Assembly (NCBI GenBank): GCA_016779995.1
Contig: JADHMO010000001.1
Location: 213,308-277,307 of the forward strand
Source of the DNA: Flavobacteriales bacterium
Lineage (GTDB): Bacteria > Bacteroidota > Bacteroidia > Flavobacteriales > UBA7312
Length of the DNA: 64,000 bases
Direction of reading: 5' to 3'
A program made the translations under genes and the position numbers. Shown here piece after piece: positions 49,945-60,568 of the stretch (position 1 is the first letter of the stretch; each line of letters begins with the position of its first letter). The notes under the pieces were generated by a model that searched no databases, had not been told where the DNA came from, and saw only the letters and a list, made by a program, of their open reading frames with translations.

Positions 49945-51339
49945 ATGAACACTTTGTATTTCAAACTCATTTTAAGCTCACTTCTAATCTTGACCTTAGT
50001 AAGTTGTGACACGCCAAAATCATTGACCAAAAAGGGCGATAAATTCTCTGAAAAGAATCTGTATCAAGATGCTAGTATTCAGTACATGAAAGCCCTAGAT
50101 AAAAAAGGAGATTTTATTGCTGCTAAAGAAGGGCTTCGATCTTCAGGACAAAAGCAAGTCAATTCCTACCTCGATGAATTTTTCAAGTCTAAAAACTTTG
50201 GCGATAAAAGAGCTGCTATCTATCATTATAGAAATGCTAATGACACAAAAGAAAAAATAAAAAAGTATAACATCGCTATAGATATCCCTAGCACATACAC
50301 CACCGATTACAACAGATTAGTTGATGAGTACGTCAGTACCATATATGTTGAAGCTATGGACTTATTAGAACAAGAGAATTTTTCTGAGTCTGAAAAACTA
50401 CTAAAAGAGGTAGCCCTACTCAAGCCTAACTTCAAAGATGTTAACGACCTTAAAAACGTTGCTACTTTTGAGCCTATCTACAGAAAAGCTAATGAATTTC
50501 TAGAGTTAGAAAAGTTCCGCTCTGCCTACTACGAGTACGACAAAATACCTGACTCTTACCAAGAAACCAAACAAAGAAAAGCACTAGCTCTAGAGGCTGG
50601 ACTATTTACTATTGCTATCGTAGAATTTCAAAACGCCACACTACAAAGTGGTGGCGAATCGGCTATATCGGCACTAGTGAGTGATAAATTGATGAAACTC
50701 AATAACCCTTTCATCAAACTTGTTGACAGAACTTACACCCAAAATTTTATAGACGAACAAATTATGGGACTTAGTGGTCAAGTAGCAGAAAATACTAACG
50801 CCCAAGCGGGTGAGCTAATCGGTGCTAAAGCTATCATTTCTGGTAAACTAGTCAGCTTTTCTAAACAAAAAAACCCAATAGTTAAAACTGAAAAAAAGGC
50901 TTGGGCAGAAAGGAAAGTTCGTAAGTATGACGAAGAAACAGAAAAGTATTTTTACGAAACGGTATATGACAAAATAAAATACCAAGAGTACAGAGGAAAT
51001 ACTAGCGTACAAGTAGGCTTTCAATTTCAGCTTATCTCTACCGAAAGTGGCGAGATACTATTGACTAAACTCATTAATTTAAACCGTCGAGATGAAGTCC
51101 ATTTTGCTGAATCCAACACCAACTACAATAATATTGTTCCTGGTAATTGGAGATGGCAAAATAAACAAAGTCCTAACGATATTGTAGAAACCTCATACTC
51201 CCAAAAGAGAGCCTTAAGAAACTTGTTTAAAAACAAGAAAACTCTCCTATCAGTGAACGCTTTGGCCAACGATATCTACCAAGAAATTGCAACAGAAGTG
51301 AGTCAAATGGTTAATAATTATAATCCAGAAAATGAATAA
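49945..51339 (+). CDS. Lipoprotein with TPR-like region and CsgG/HfaB-like domain
   Basis: Lipobox LVSC, TIAIVEFQN, LVDRT...EQIMGLSG, GELIGAKAIISG. Start ATG 49945, after TATTTTTG at 49933-49940. Confidence 0.65.
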   Translation: MNTLYFKLILSSLLILTLVSCDTPKSLTKKGDKFSEKNLYQDASIQYMKALDKKGDFIAAKEGLRSSGQKQVNSYLDEFFKSKNFGDKRAAIYHYRNANDTKEKIKKYNIAIDIPSTYTTDYNRLVDEYVSTIYVEAMDLLEQENFSESEKLLKEVALLKPNFKDVNDLKNVATFEPIYRKANEFLELEKFRSAYYEYDKIPDSYQETKQRKALALEAGLFTIAIVEFQNATLQSGGESAISALVSDKLMKLNNPFIKLVDRTYTQNFIDEQIMGLSGQVAENTNAQAGELIGAKAIISGKLVSFSKQKNPIVKTEKKAWAERKVRKYDEETEKYFYETVYDKIKYQEYRGNTSVQVGFQFQLISTESGEILLTKLINLNRRDEVHFAESNTNYNNIVPGNWRWQNKQSPNDIVETSYSQKRALRNLFKNKKTLLSVNALANDIYQEIATEVSQMVNNYNPENE

Positions 51340-52693
51340 ACTATCCCTACTCCTTCTCAGCCTTTTTATCATTTCTTGCCAATCCTCAAAACAGACTAGC
51401 GAGCTAGATGCTGGTATTCCTGCTTGGGTAAAAGAATATCCCGTTTCTGACAGCCATTATATTGGGATAGGCATAGCCGATAGAAGTACACATCCCCAAG
51501 ACTATATTCAAGTTGCTCAACAAAATGCACTGCAAAACCTTAGCTCTCAAATCAAAGTCAGTATTTCTTCCCAATCTGTATTTCTACAAATGGATAGAGA
51601 ATATGGCTACGAAGAAGATTTTAAATCTAACATCGAGGTAAAAGCTAACGAAATCCTTGAGGGCTACGAAATGGCAGGTACGTTCACACAACAAAATGAA
51701 TATTGGGTGTATTACCGACTCAGCAAACAACTGTATCAAGAAACTAGAACGGCTAGAATACAAGAAGCCATAGAAGAATCCAAATACTTTTTGAACAAAG
51801 CCATTATGTATTATACGCCACTCAAGGAAAAATACATTTACTACGTCAAAGCCTTAGATGTTTTAGAACCCTACCTTAGTGAGCCGTTAAAAACTGAGTT
51901 TGACAGAGAAACCGTTTTTCTAGGCAGTGAAATCATTGCTCGTTTTCGCTCATACATAGACGACTACCAAATCTTTTGCCAAAGCAAAAAGATAAAAGCT
52001 ATGATTGGCAACTCTGTAGATAGAATTAAATTAACCGTACAACACGAAGGTAATCTACTAGCTGACATACCCCTCATCACTTCATCTGTATTTCTTGAGT
52101 TAAAAGACATCAGCCAAAGTACCGATACCAATGGTGTTTTTATCACTTCTGTACCCAAAATTAAAAGCGTTGAGACCGTACAAAAAATAGAAGTCGGAAT
52201 AGATTTTCAGGCTTGGCTAGACGAAGGTAGCGATAGCGACTTCATAAAGAAACTGTTTAAAAGCATTAAGACTCACCAAATCAATGTGCCAGTTTATGTA
52301 TATACGCCAACAATATATGTGCAAACTGAAGAAAAACATTTTGGTAAAGATGAAAAGGGCTCAGACTTACGCTTTGCTGTAGAATCTGCCCTTAGTGAAA
52401 TGAGATTCACTCCAGTAGGTAATAAAAACGACGCTCAAATATTTCTTACTGTAAAAGCCGATACTAGAAAAGGTATAGAGAAGAAAGGGCAAAAAATGTT
52501 TACGGCATTTTTGGATATGAATGTACAAGCTAAAGACTTAGAAGATAGAGTCATATTCAGTAAGACTATCAATAAAATAAAAGGCATACAGTTAGACTTT
52601 GAACAGGCAGATAAGGAGTCCTATCAACAAGCTATCAAAGAAATTAAAAAGACTATTATTCCCGAATTCGTTAATAGCTTTGTTAAAGACTAA
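51332..52693 (+). CDS. LPP20 family lipoprotein
   Basis: Lipobox IISC, PAWV, YIGIG, AQQNALQNLSSQIKVSISS. Confidence 0.75.
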   Translation: MNKLSLLLLSLFIISCQSSKQTSELDAGIPAWVKEYPVSDSHYIGIGIADRSTHPQDYIQVAQQNALQNLSSQIKVSISSQSVFLQMDREYGYEEDFKSNIEVKANEILEGYEMAGTFTQQNEYWVYYRLSKQLYQETRTARIQEAIEESKYFLNKAIMYYTPLKEKYIYYVKALDVLEPYLSEPLKTEFDRETVFLGSEIIARFRSYIDDYQIFCQSKKIKAMIGNSVDRIKLTVQHEGNLLADIPLITSSVFLELKDISQSTDTNGVFITSVPKIKSVETVQKIEVGIDFQAWLDEGSDSDFIKKLFKSIKTHQINVPVYVYTPTIYVQTEEKHFGKDEKGSDLRFAVESALSEMRFTPVGNKNDAQIFLTVKADTRKGIEKKGQKMFTAFLDMNVQAKDLEDRVIFSKTINKIKGIQLDFEQADKESYQQAIKEIKKTIIPEFVNSFVKD

Positions 52694-52695
52694 AA

Positions 52696-52717
52696 AAACT
52701 CGCCCGAAGGCGAGTTT
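52696..52717. terminator. Terminator between convergent lipoprotein genes
   Basis: AAACTCGCC-cgaa-GGCGAGTTT flanked by A and T runs. Confidence 0.8.
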
Positions 52718-52743
52718 AAATTTTCAAAAAAATGGGCTATTTG

Positions 52744-53313
52744 TTAGTATCCCTTGGATAGCTTTTCCATTTCCTTTTCAAAGGTTTCTTTAAACTTCTC
52801 ATAGTTATAATCTGCCTTTATTTTTTCATCTTTAGAAAGTCTTTCATGATACTTTGAAGCTAATTTTTCAGCAGCTAGCTCCAATGCCATATAGCACTTG
52901 TACTTGCCATCAGATGTCTTAGTCATCTTCTCACAAATCGTAACAACACCGTTTAATGTTTCATCAACTACAGTTCTACTCATTTCATTGAAGGTTTCCG
53001 TTACTTCTTCCTTATTGTTAAACTCAGTAGAGTTCACATAATTATCTCCAACAATTTTCATCGTTGAACTAATAGTTTTAGCCAATTCAGCCTGGGCATT
53101 AGAACGTGCTTTCTTCTTTGCAGTCATTTGGTCTAGACTTTCCCCTAATGCATTACCTCTAAATGTATTTTTATCAGAAAAATACTCGTCTCCAGAACAA
53201 TACTGCTCTATCAATACTTCGCCTTGGTCTTCTACGCTCAATCCTTGATTAGATTTGCAAGAATATATTGTTGCTACTGCAAACAATAATAAAATATAAT
53301 TACTCAGTTTCAT
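52744..53313 (-). CDS. LPP20-like lipoprotein
   Basis: Lipobox IYSC, AKKKARSNAQAELAKTI. Confidence 0.65.
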   Translation of the reverse strand: MKLSNYILLLFAVATIYSCKSNQGLSVEDQGEVLIEQYCSGDEYFSDKNTFRGNALGESLDQMTAKKKARSNAQAELAKTISSTMKIVGDNYVNSTEFNNKEEVTETFNEMSRTVVDETLNGVVTICEKMTKTSDGKYKCYMALELAAEKLASKYHERLSKDEKIKADYNYEKFKETFEKEMEKLSKGY

Positions 53314-53468
53314 AAGTTATAAAAATTAGTTTGTGCTCAAATTTAAACTTTTTTATCAAACTTTTATTTTGTGAAACATCAATTTAAATTATACTGATGA
53401 TAGATATTAAATCTATTTTTTAACGATATTTGTAACACTTTGACCATTATAATAACAAACTCATCATT

Positions 53469-54896
53469 ATGAATAAGTACCTAATTCTATTAGTTGTTAC
53501 ATTACTAGTTAGCAACACCTTTGCTCAAGTTCAAGTTGGTAACACCACCCTTACTGAAAGAGAAGTTATCGGAGGACTCGATGTTCCTTGGGAAATAAAA
53601 TGGGGGCCAGATGACCATATTTGGGTTACCGAACGTTCTGGTATCGTTAGTCGTGTAAACGTAGAAACTGGAGAACAATATATCCTATTAAACCTCGCCC
53701 CTCAGTTGTACGATCAATACGAATCAGGGCTATTAGGCATGGAAATACATCCTGATTTCAACAATGGTGCGCCCTATGTATTTATGGCATACACCTATTA
53801 TTCTGCTGGTGGTGCTAGTGAAAAAATTGTGTACTATGAATACGATTTTGATAACGATGCCCTCATCAATGAAACCATAATGGTAGATGATATTGATGGT
53901 AACAGCACACACATTGGTTGCCGACTTCTAGCTATTGACAACACAACCTTATTAGTCACTACTGGTGATGCACAGGATTGGATGGCTTCCCAAGATGAAA
54001 CTGCTTTAACGGGTAAAACTCTCCGTATAGATATTGATGCTAATGGTGGTAACTTCGGACAGCCTAAAGCCGATAATCCAAGTCCATATAGCTATGTGTG
54101 GTCTATTGGTCATAGAAATGCACAGGGTTTAGCTCTAGGACCAAACGGTATTATTTACAGCTCTGAACACGGTCCTAGTAATGACGATGAATTAAACATC
54201 TTAGAGGCTAATGGAAACTTTGGTTGGCCTAACGTTCAAGGCTTTTGCGACAACATTTCAGTAGATTATAGCTACGCTGAAGATTTGACAAGCAATTTTA
54301 CTGAAAGTGATTACTGCCAAGAAAATAATGTAATAGAACCTTTGTGGAGTAGTGGTACTTCTACCATAGCACCATCGGATATAATATGGTACGACCACCC
54401 TTCTATACCTGAATTTCAGAATACTCTACTAATGACTGTATTGAAAGGCAAGAAATTGGTTCGTTTTGAATTTAACTCTTCTGGGGACGAAATTATTGGC
54501 GAAACAGACTTTTTCAATAATAAATGGGGGCGTTTGAGAGATATTTGCGTTAGCCCTGACGGTAAGATTTATCTTGCTACTAACGGTTTCAACTGGCCAA
54601 GTCAAGGTCCTAATGAAATTATTGAACTTTATAATGCTGAATATGATGCTACTAGTATTGAAGAAAATGAGCAAGAAAATGTAAAGTTCTATCCCAACCC
54701 TATTGCTAAAGATGGTGTGCTAAACTTCCAAAATTACGATTACCCTTTCCATTTGAATATTTCTAATTTACAAGGACAAATAGTTTACTCTAATAAAGCA
54801 CAAGAAAGAAGTCTATTGATACAAGGTCTGTTAGAAAGTGGTATTTACTTCCTCAGAAGCAATAATGATAATAACACTAAACTAATCGTAAAATAA
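53469..54896 (+). CDS. PQQ-dependent sugar dehydrogenase (glucose/sorbosone family) with T9SS tail
   Basis: LDVPWEI, VTERSG, HIGCRL, VTTGDA, SIGHRNAQG, SEHGP, GRLRD, FYPNP...GIYFL...KLIVK. Confidence 0.9.
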   Translation: MNKYLILLVVTLLVSNTFAQVQVGNTTLTEREVIGGLDVPWEIKWGPDDHIWVTERSGIVSRVNVETGEQYILLNLAPQLYDQYESGLLGMEIHPDFNNGAPYVFMAYTYYSAGGASEKIVYYEYDFDNDALINETIMVDDIDGNSTHIGCRLLAIDNTTLLVTTGDAQDWMASQDETALTGKTLRIDIDANGGNFGQPKADNPSPYSYVWSIGHRNAQGLALGPNGIIYSSEHGPSNDDELNILEANGNFGWPNVQGFCDNISVDYSYAEDLTSNFTESDYCQENNVIEPLWSSGTSTIAPSDIIWYDHPSIPEFQNTLLMTVLKGKKLVRFEFNSSGDEIIGETDFFNNKWGRLRDICVSPDGKIYLATNGFNWPSQGPNEIIELYNAEYDATSIEENEQENVKFYPNPIAKDGVLNFQNYDYPFHLNISNLQGQIVYSNKAQERSLLIQGLLESGIYFLRSNNDNNTKLIVK

Positions 54897-54898
54897 AG

Positions 54899-56020
54899 AT
54901 GAAATACCTATTCACATTTACTTTACTTTTAGGTTTTTCAAGTCTTTTTGCTCAATCCTACAATAGCCCTGAAAGTGTCGATTATGATAGTTATGGACAA
55001 CGTTATTTAGTATCTAACTCTAGTCAAGGTCAAATACTTTCATACGATGCCATTAACGATGAATTGGATGTTTTTGTTTCAGGTGTTGGCTCTGGTCCTC
55101 ACGGACTAGAAGTAATAGGTGAAGAAGTGTTTGCTTGTAGCGGCAGTCGACTAAAAGCCTATAACCTAGTTACCGAAGAACAAACCGTAAACGTAAATCT
55201 AGGCGCATCTTTTGCAAATGGCATCACCCATAAAGGCAACGATGTATTCGTTACGGATTTTAGTGGTAAAGATATCTATCGCTACAATACAGTTAGTGGT
55301 AACTTCAATATGTATATAGAAGATCTTCCTAGAAAGCCCAATGGCATATTTTATGACGATATAGAAGACCGATTAATTGTGGTTTGTTGGGATAGTAATG
55401 CCCCCATTTATGAAATCAATATGTCGGATTCTAGCTATACTACAGTAGCAAATACCAATCTAGGAAATTGCGATGGTATTGCTATGGATAATAACGGAGA
55501 TTTTTATGTATCTGCATGGAGCAATAATGCGATTAGTAAATTCAACAGCGACTTCAGTGGCGGTTCAACGGTAGTTGTTCCCAATATGAGCTACCCTGCT
55601 GATATATATTACAACAGAGCAACGGACACTTTAGCCATACCAAACTCGGGCAATAATACTGTTGTGTTTGTAGGCTTCGGTGCTCCTGTCACTTCCTACA
55701 TGTGTGTGGATGAAGGTTGTGTTGAGCTGAGTAGTGCCGATGGCGACTATGCCACATTAGAAGATTGTGAGACCGTATGCCAAACGACAGATATTGAAGA
55801 AAAAGAATTGCCATCTAGCCTATTCTACCCTAACCCTATTATGAATGGTGAGACTATTACAATTAACCCAACAGAAAGTGTAGTCTTATACACTATGCAA
55901 GGGCATATAGTTTTTGAAAAGGAATTGAAGAATAATTTTTCTTTTGAACTACCATATCTCAAAAAAGGCTTTTATTTGCTTAAGACAAATGAAGAAATCG
56001 GAAAAATTCTAATTCAATAA
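54899..56020 (+). CDS. SMP-30/gluconolactonase-like beta-propeller with T9SS tail
   Basis: SPESV, ANGI, KPNGI, CDGIAMD, PADI repeats, FYPNP...GFYLL...KILIQ. Confidence 0.8.
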   Translation: MKYLFTFTLLLGFSSLFAQSYNSPESVDYDSYGQRYLVSNSSQGQILSYDAINDELDVFVSGVGSGPHGLEVIGEEVFACSGSRLKAYNLVTEEQTVNVNLGASFANGITHKGNDVFVTDFSGKDIYRYNTVSGNFNMYIEDLPRKPNGIFYDDIEDRLIVVCWDSNAPIYEINMSDSSYTTVANTNLGNCDGIAMDNNGDFYVSAWSNNAISKFNSDFSGGSTVVVPNMSYPADIYYNRATDTLAIPNSGNNTVVFVGFGAPVTSYMCVDEGCVELSSADGDYATLEDCETVCQTTDIEEKELPSSLFYPNPIMNGETITINPTESVVLYTMQGHIVFEKELKNNFSFELPYLKKGFYLLKTNEEIGKILIQ

Positions 56021-56024
56021 AGCT

Positions 56025-57302
56025 ATGCAGTCTCCCCCTTTAGCCGAACGATTACGCCCCAAATCTTTAGATGATTTTATAGGACAAGAACACCTTATTG
56101 GCGATAATGGTGTATTGCTAAAAACATTAAAAAATAATGTCATACCCTCTATCATTTTTTGGGGTCCTCCCGGTGTAGGCAAAACTACTCTAGCCAACAT
56201 CATAGCCAATCAGTTAGATAGACCTTTTTACACCCTTAGTGCCATCAATTCAGGTGTGAAAGACGTTAGAGATGTCATTACTAAAGCCGCTTCATTGGGC
56301 TTATTTGGCAAGAATGTGCCCATACTATTTATCGATGAAATACATCGATTTAGCAAATCCCAACAAGACTCATTACTTAATGCCGTTGAAAAAGGAATCG
56401 TTACTCTCATAGGCGCTACTACTGAAAATCCATCTTTCGAAGTGATATCGGCTTTATTATCACGCTGTCAAGTGTATGTATTGGAAAGTTTAGATAAATC
56501 TCACCTCATTCAATTACTGGAACAAGCCATTACTAAAGACGAGATACTGAAAACAAAACGTATCAACATAAAAGAAACAGATGCCCTACTCCGTCTATCA
56601 GGTGGCGATGGCAGAAAATTACTTAATGTTTTTGAGCTAGTTATCAATACCCAAAACACCATAGATATTAGCATTACTAACGAATTGGTCATGGCATCGG
56701 CTCAAGAAAATGTGGCACTCTACGACAAAACAGGCGAACAACATTACGACATCATATCAGCCTTTATCAAGTCCATACGAGGAAGTGACCCTAATGCAGC
56801 AGTTTATTGGTTAGCTCGTATGCTTGAAGGTGGCGAGGACATCAAATTCATCGCAAGACGTATGATTATTTTAGCCTCAGAAGATATCGGTAATGCCAAC
56901 CCCACAGCCTTAGTTATGGCTAACAATTGTTTTCAGTCCATAAATGTCATAGGAATGCCTGAAGCAAGAATTATACTATCGCAAACAGCTATTTACTTAG
57001 CCTCGTCAGCTAAAAGCAACGCCTCCTATATGGCTATTAATATGGCACAAGAAAGTGTACGAGAAAAAGGTGCTTTATCCGTTCCTCTAGAACTAAGAAA
57101 TGCCCCTACTAAACTGATGAAAGACTTGAATTATGGCAAAGAATACGATTACGCTCATAATTACGAGAATAACTTTGTCAAACAAGAATATATGCCAGAT
57201 GAAATTAAAGGACAAACTTTTTATGAACCTGGCAATAACGACAGAGAACGACAAATAAGAAAATTCCTAAAAGAGCGTTGGAATGGTAAGTACAATTATT
57301 AA
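56025..57302 (+). CDS. rarA: Replication-associated recombination protein A
   Basis: PLAERLRP, WGPPGVGKTT, FIDEIHRF, GATTENP, SAFIKSIRGSDP, ASEDIGNA. Confidence 0.97.
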   Translation: MQSPPLAERLRPKSLDDFIGQEHLIGDNGVLLKTLKNNVIPSIIFWGPPGVGKTTLANIIANQLDRPFYTLSAINSGVKDVRDVITKAASLGLFGKNVPILFIDEIHRFSKSQQDSLLNAVEKGIVTLIGATTENPSFEVISALLSRCQVYVLESLDKSHLIQLLEQAITKDEILKTKRINIKETDALLRLSGGDGRKLLNVFELVINTQNTIDISITNELVMASAQENVALYDKTGEQHYDIISAFIKSIRGSDPNAAVYWLARMLEGGEDIKFIARRMIILASEDIGNANPTALVMANNCFQSINVIGMPEARIILSQTAIYLASSAKSNASYMAINMAQESVREKGALSVPLELRNAPTKLMKDLNYGKEYDYAHNYENNFVKQEYMPDEIKGQTFYEPGNNDRERQIRKFLKERWNGKYNY

Positions 57303-57357
57303 TTATCCCTAAAGACTAAAATTAAATGTACTAGATTTGTATAAATTTGCCATTAGA

Positions 57358-59391
57358 ATGAAATACACCCCATACCTTTTACTTCTTTGTATCCTTTTTT
57401 CATGTCGCCACGATTTTGAAAAACCCACTTGGGATACTGATATTAGTGCGCCTATAGCTTATACTACTTTAAATCTTACGGATATTGTTAACGATAGCAG
57501 TATACAATTTGACACACTAGCTGATAACAGCTTAAAATTTATCTATCAAAAAGAAATTATCAACTATAATTTCGATAGTCTGATTCATTTAAAACCCATT
57601 AGCACGACTAAAAATGTTAAGCTAGAAAGCATCAATTTTTCAAATACAACAGTCACTCATTCCATAACTATGGGAAACTTAATTTCCTCAATAGATTTTG
57701 GCACGATTTTATTTCCTAATGGTGGCACAGCAGTTATCCCTGCCTATTCAGACTTGCTCAATGAAACCTTTCCTATTGATGCTAACGACTATTTTGAGGA
57801 AATGACCTTCACCGATGGATACCTAGATTTGACCATTGAAAATGGACTACCTACCGATTTGAGTAATGTCGTTATAGAACTTCGTAATGAGGGTGAAACC
57901 AACAACATTATTACGATGAATATTCCCTTACTGCCAAGTGGAGAAAGTGAGACAACCACAGAATCTTTAGCTGGTCAAACATTATTCGGCAATTTAGAGG
58001 CTGAGATAATTAGTGCCGATATTGTGGGAACAGCACCCAATCCTGTAACTATTGATTATAGCGATGCTCTAACGGCTAAAATCGTAATTCGTGATATCGA
58101 ACTCCAAGAAGGAATTGCCGTTTTCCCAAGTCAAGAAATTTTTGATGAAGATACTGTCGTATCCTTTGATATTGGAGATGTAAAACTAAAAAGAGTATTG
58201 GTGGCAGAAGGTGGCGTAGAAGTTGTAGGCGTAAGCACCATACAAGATACCCTAAAGATAGAATATAAAATTCCTGGAACTACTTTAAATGGTCAGCCTT
58301 TTGAATTTTATTTCGAACTACCTCCTGCTCCTGAGGGGGGCTCAATTAGTGAAACCAAACTTTTCGACTTTTCTGGGTACGAAATAGATATGACAGGTAA
58401 ATATGGAGATACTATCAATACCATATACACCGAATCAAGAGGCTGGATTGACTCATCAGGTGTTGTCACTCACATTTCACTAGAAGATAGCGTATTTAAT
58501 ACTATTACCATCAAGGAAATAATTCCTGAAAAAGCTTGGGGTTATATGGGTAAAGACACCATCAATGAAAGTCAAGAATTAGATTTTAGCGATTTTTCAG
58601 ATTTCAGCGGACAGTTTGATTTAGAACATATCGAAGTGAAACTATTGACTCAAAACTCCATAGGTGCTAAGGCAGATGTGCGTATTAATACTTTTAAAAG
58701 TACAAGTGACCAAAATGAAATTGTGTTGAATAGCGATGTGCTATCCTCTGCTATCTCTATTGGTTCAGCCACAGAAAACCCCAACTCTATCCCAGAAGTA
58801 TCTCCTAGCAATAGTACGGTAGTATTTAACGAAGTGAATTCTAACATAGACGAACTCATAGAAGATAAACCCCATACCTTAGGTGTCGATTTTGAGCTAT
58901 TGCTCAATCCTGATGACAATCAAGAAGATGGTTTTTTATTCAAAAACTACGGTGTTAAATCAGAGCTGCAAATTGAAATACCCTTATCCTTTTCTGGCTC
59001 AAACATTGTCTTAAAAGATACAGTAGATGTTTCTTTTTCAATAGATAATATTGAACAGGCTTCCTTCACTCTACTAGCACAAAATAGCTACCCCATCGAT
59101 GCCGAAATAAAAATGTATTTGCTAGACCAAAACAATATGGTATTAGAAAGTCTTCTTTCTGAACAAATCGTTCAAGCTAGTGAAGTCGATGCTAACGGCA
59201 AAACTAGTTCTAGTACCTCTAGTGAATTGACCTTCGCTTTCACTAATATCAGCGAAAGCTTATCGCTATGTAAAAAAATAGCTTTTGAAGTTACTCTCAA
59301 TACACAACCCTCAAACCAATTCGTCACTATTTACAGTAACTATGCCATGGATCTAAAACTCGTTGCTAACTTTAATTATACCGTAGAATAA
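57358..59391 (+). CDS. Large beta-rich hypothetical lipoprotein
   Basis: Lipobox LFSC, PTWDTDISAPI. Start ATG 57358, after TAAATTTG at 57342-57349. Confidence 0.75.
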   Translation: MKYTPYLLLLCILFSCRHDFEKPTWDTDISAPIAYTTLNLTDIVNDSSIQFDTLADNSLKFIYQKEIINYNFDSLIHLKPISTTKNVKLESINFSNTTVTHSITMGNLISSIDFGTILFPNGGTAVIPAYSDLLNETFPIDANDYFEEMTFTDGYLDLTIENGLPTDLSNVVIELRNEGETNNIITMNIPLLPSGESETTTESLAGQTLFGNLEAEIISADIVGTAPNPVTIDYSDALTAKIVIRDIELQEGIAVFPSQEIFDEDTVVSFDIGDVKLKRVLVAEGGVEVVGVSTIQDTLKIEYKIPGTTLNGQPFEFYFELPPAPEGGSISETKLFDFSGYEIDMTGKYGDTINTIYTESRGWIDSSGVVTHISLEDSVFNTITIKEIIPEKAWGYMGKDTINESQELDFSDFSDFSGQFDLEHIEVKLLTQNSIGAKADVRINTFKSTSDQNEIVLNSDVLSSAISIGSATENPNSIPEVSPSNSTVVFNEVNSNIDELIEDKPHTLGVDFELLLNPDDNQEDGFLFKNYGVKSELQIEIPLSFSGSNIVLKDTVDVSFSIDNIEQASFTLLAQNSYPIDAEIKMYLLDQNNMVLESLLSEQIVQASEVDANGKTSSSTSSELTFAFTNISESLSLCKKIAFEVTLNTQPSNQFVTIYSNYAMDLKLVANFNYTVE

Positions 59392-60560
59392 TGCCAAAGT
59401 ATTTTTCGATGTTCTTAGTGGCTCTTACTTTATCGGCCTATTCGCAAGAAAGCTCATTAGAGTTTAATACAGATATTGGTTTGTTTAACAGTAGCATCAA
59501 CGCCCAATTACTGTCACAGTCCTATGGCTTTTTAGATGCTATGGAAAAGAACAACATCATAGACGCTTTAAAAGCAGAAAATAATATTGCCTTTGAAAGT
59601 AATAACACTTTTGTTTATCAAAATAAAAAAGGCTGGGGGCTGAGTTTATCTAACCATATAGGAGCATACGCCACCTACTCAAAATCATTAGTAGAATTGA
59701 GTCTGTTGGGAAACACTCCATTCAAGGGTGAAAACCTTAAACTAGACCCCTTTGATATTACTGCTTTTAACTACTCACAACTAGATTTTTCATATCAATG
59801 GAGTAGAAAAATACAAACGAGTGTAGGGCTACTTTTGGGACACCATTTTCTAGATGCTACTGTCAATGAAGCTCGTTTTTACACCCATCCTCAAGCTGCT
59901 TTCATTAACTATCAAGTGGATTATGAGGCTCACTACACGGATACAATAGATTTTTTACAAAAACCTTTTAGCAAGAACGGTTATGGTGCTGTTTTTGGAA
60001 TGACATACAAAGACAGTATCAGTAAGGGACAAATCGAGTTATCGATTAGTGATTTAGGATTTATTAGGTGGAACGATAAGACTAGCAATATGCATATTGA
60101 AAGTCAGTATGAATTTGAAGGCATCAATGTTGATGACTTTCTCAGTTTTAGCGATAGCATCATCAGAAATGAACTAGATAGTCTACAATCGGATTTACAA
60201 AGTAATATAAAGGAAAGCTATACGTGGCAACTTCCTACTAGGTTTAGACTAAGTATAAATCAGCCTTTATACAATTCAATAATTCAAGGCTACTCCCTAT
60301 CCATTGAACACCGAATGAACCTTTATAATATTCCAAAACTGACTTTAGAAGTTCATAAAAAAATGAAAAAACATCGTTTGGCATTAGGTTATCATATTGG
60401 TGGTATTGAGCATAATGGTTTTCAATTCAGCTACCTTTATGGTGGAGAAAAAACCCATTTCCACATTTACACCAAACAGTTTAATGCTGGTATTCCCACT
60501 TTAAGCTATGGTCTTCATATAGGTATTGGCATAAAAAGAGTATTTTCGAGCAGTAAATAA
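59391..60560 (+). CDS. Outer-membrane beta-barrel protein (DUF5723-like)
   Basis: Signal peptide, amphipathic strands, SDLGFIRWN, LPTRF. Overlaps the upstream stop by 1 nt. Confidence 0.65.
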   Translation: MPKYFSMFLVALTLSAYSQESSLEFNTDIGLFNSSINAQLLSQSYGFLDAMEKNNIIDALKAENNIAFESNNTFVYQNKKGWGLSLSNHIGAYATYSKSLVELSLLGNTPFKGENLKLDPFDITAFNYSQLDFSYQWSRKIQTSVGLLLGHHFLDATVNEARFYTHPQAAFINYQVDYEAHYTDTIDFLQKPFSKNGYGAVFGMTYKDSISKGQIELSISDLGFIRWNDKTSNMHIESQYEFEGINVDDFLSFSDSIIRNELDSLQSDLQSNIKESYTWQLPTRFRLSINQPLYNSIIQGYSLSIEHRMNLYNIPKLTLEVHKKMKKHRLALGYHIGGIEHNGFQFSYLYGGEKTHFHIYTKQFNAGIPTLSYGLHIGIGIKRVFSSSK

Positions 60561-60568
60561 GCGATACC

